16,622 nucleotides of DNA from Candidatus Thorarchaeota archaeon. Lineage in GTDB: Archaea; Asgardarchaeota; Thorarchaeia; Thorarchaeales; Thorarchaeaceae. Shown in pieces: positions 15,676 to 16,622 of the stretch (position 1 is the first letter of the stretch; every line of letters starts with the position of its first letter). A model generated the notes under the pieces. It was not told the origin of the DNA. It did not search any database and saw only the letters and a list, made by a program, of their open reading frames with translations. The position numbers were made by a program, and so were the translations under genes. The stretch covers positions 1-16,622 of the forward strand of contig JAWAQK010000052.1 of NCBI GenBank assembly GCA_038893995.1, given 5' to 3'.

Positions 15676-15936
15676 ATGGCAACATGGACCGCAGTGCCCC
15701 TGAGAAACCTGATACTCAGCATTCTGAAGAAGCGCCATGGCATGATACTAGACGACGAACTCGAGAGGGCCATCACACAGGAAATGGGCAATCAGCCCAG
15801 TGAGAGTGAGCTCAATGCTGCGCTGATGCAGCTCGAGATAAAGGGCCTGATTCACGTCAGCCAGATCATGAAGACCAAACGGCGGATCGAAATCATTGGT
15901 GAGGGGCACGAGTTTCTTGCTGTTGACGAAGACTGA
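15676..15936 (+). CDS. Small winged-helix-like hypothetical protein, probably co-transcribed with cdc48
   Basis: Strong GGAGGTGA SD; starts 18 nt after the cdc48 stop. The pattern LRNLILSILKK...DDEL...ESELNAALMQLEIKGLIHV fits a wHTH. Acidic C-terminus LAVDED. Confidence 0.75.
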   Translation: MATWTAVPLRNLILSILKKRHGMILDDELERAITQEMGNQPSESELNAALMQLEIKGLIHVSQIMKTKRRIEIIGEGHEFLAVDED

Positions 15937-15959
15937 CAGCTTCACGGAGGATGTCGTAG

Positions 15960-16427
15960 ATGCCCGGAATTCGAGTGATGGCTGCAGGTAAGTTTGACAT
16001 CCTCCATCTTGGGCATCTGGCCTACCTCGAACAGGCCAAGGATCTTGCAGGGCAAGATGGTGAACTTGTTGTTGTAATCGCACTTGACAAGACAATTGAA
16101 AGAGAGAGAGGAGTACCTCCAGTCTTTCCTCAGGACCAGAGACTCCGGATTGTGAGTGCGCTGAAGGTCGTGGATGAGGCTGTTCTAGGCTATGACACTG
16201 ATGACCATACCGCAATAGTCAGAGACCTGCGACCGGACATAATTGCCCTCGGATACGATCAGCATACAGACATGGATGCACTCAGGAGGTGCATTGTCGA
16301 GGCGGGACTAGACACCAGAATCGTGAGGCTCAACAAGAGAGACGAGGGGGGACTATGCTCCTCCTCCCTCATCAGGAGGAGGATCATCGAGAATTATGCG
16401 GAGAATAGAGTCCCACGCCTCATATGA
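15960..16427 (+). CDS. ribL: Archaeal FAD synthase (cytidylyltransferase superfamily)
   Basis: RVMAAGKFDILHLGH (HxGH), LVVVIALD, RLRIVSALKVVDEAVLG, PDIIALGYDQ and CSSSLIRRRI, with two C-terminal Cys as in RibL. GGAGG SD. Confidence 0.85.
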   Translation: MPGIRVMAAGKFDILHLGHLAYLEQAKDLAGQDGELVVVIALDKTIERERGVPPVFPQDQRLRIVSALKVVDEAVLGYDTDDHTAIVRDLRPDIIALGYDQHTDMDALRRCIVEAGLDTRIVRLNKRDEGGLCSSSLIRRRIIENYAENRVPRLI

Positions 16428-16622
16428 TCAGTTCCCCGCGCGCTTCTGCCTCCTGGATGAGTCTACCCTTTCGGTCGCGACGAGTAATCTCGATCCTCCA
16501 GATTGCATAGACAGTGACTGCGATTGCCACCATGATGCCTAGTCCCAAGAATGTGTATAGGCCAAGCTTGAAATGCTTCACAAAGTCGATCAATGGGCCT
16601 GTGCTAAAGTAGGGCCAATTGC
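16420..16622 (-). CDS. C-terminal fragment of a membrane protein (5' part outside the window)
   Basis: Open frame ...NWPYFSTGPLIDFVKHFKLGLYTFLGLGIMVAIAVTVYAIWRIEITRRDRKGRLIQEAEARGELII* contains a TM helix followed by a basic tail. Convergent 8-nt overlap with ribL. Confidence 0.6.
   Translation of the reverse strand, partial: NWPYFSTGPLIDFVKHFKLGLYTFLGLGIMVAIAVTVYAIWRIEITRRDRKGRLIQEAEARGELII

Noticed and set aside
1-16622. tRNA, rRNA, CRISPR arrays, IS elements, integrases, inteins
   Set aside because: None was recognised: no repeat-spacer periodicity, no transposase motifs, no cloverleaf in the intergenic gaps, and Cdc48 and Top6 have normal lengths.

Overview
Archaeal core-genome window, most likely from an Asgard archaeon (this assignment is inferred, mainly from the ribophorin I homolog). 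Most of it is housekeeping. The minus strand carries fen, an RPA32-like gene, aIF-2beta, DUF424, nmd3, aIF-1A, rio1, a Dim2/Pno1 KH gene, top6B and top6A. The plus strand carries a small Zn-ribbon gene, EF-1beta, cdc48, a small wHTH gene and ribL. The standout is absent from the ORF track because it runs off the left edge: an uninterrupted minus-strand ORF from TTG 2858 to beyond base 1 (>=952 codons, translated by hand). Its architecture is signal peptide, DOMON-like domain with an FKBP-type PPIase domain inserted inside it, Ig-like domain, ribophorin I (OST1/RPN1)-like region, one TM helix, and a cytosolic helical tail. It lies head-to-head with an AglH/DPAGT1-type GlcNAc-1-P transferase gene. 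Together they suggest an archaeal module coupling N-glycosylation to extracytoplasmic protein folding, reminiscent of ER quality control. All family calls come from motif recognition by eye; no searches were run.
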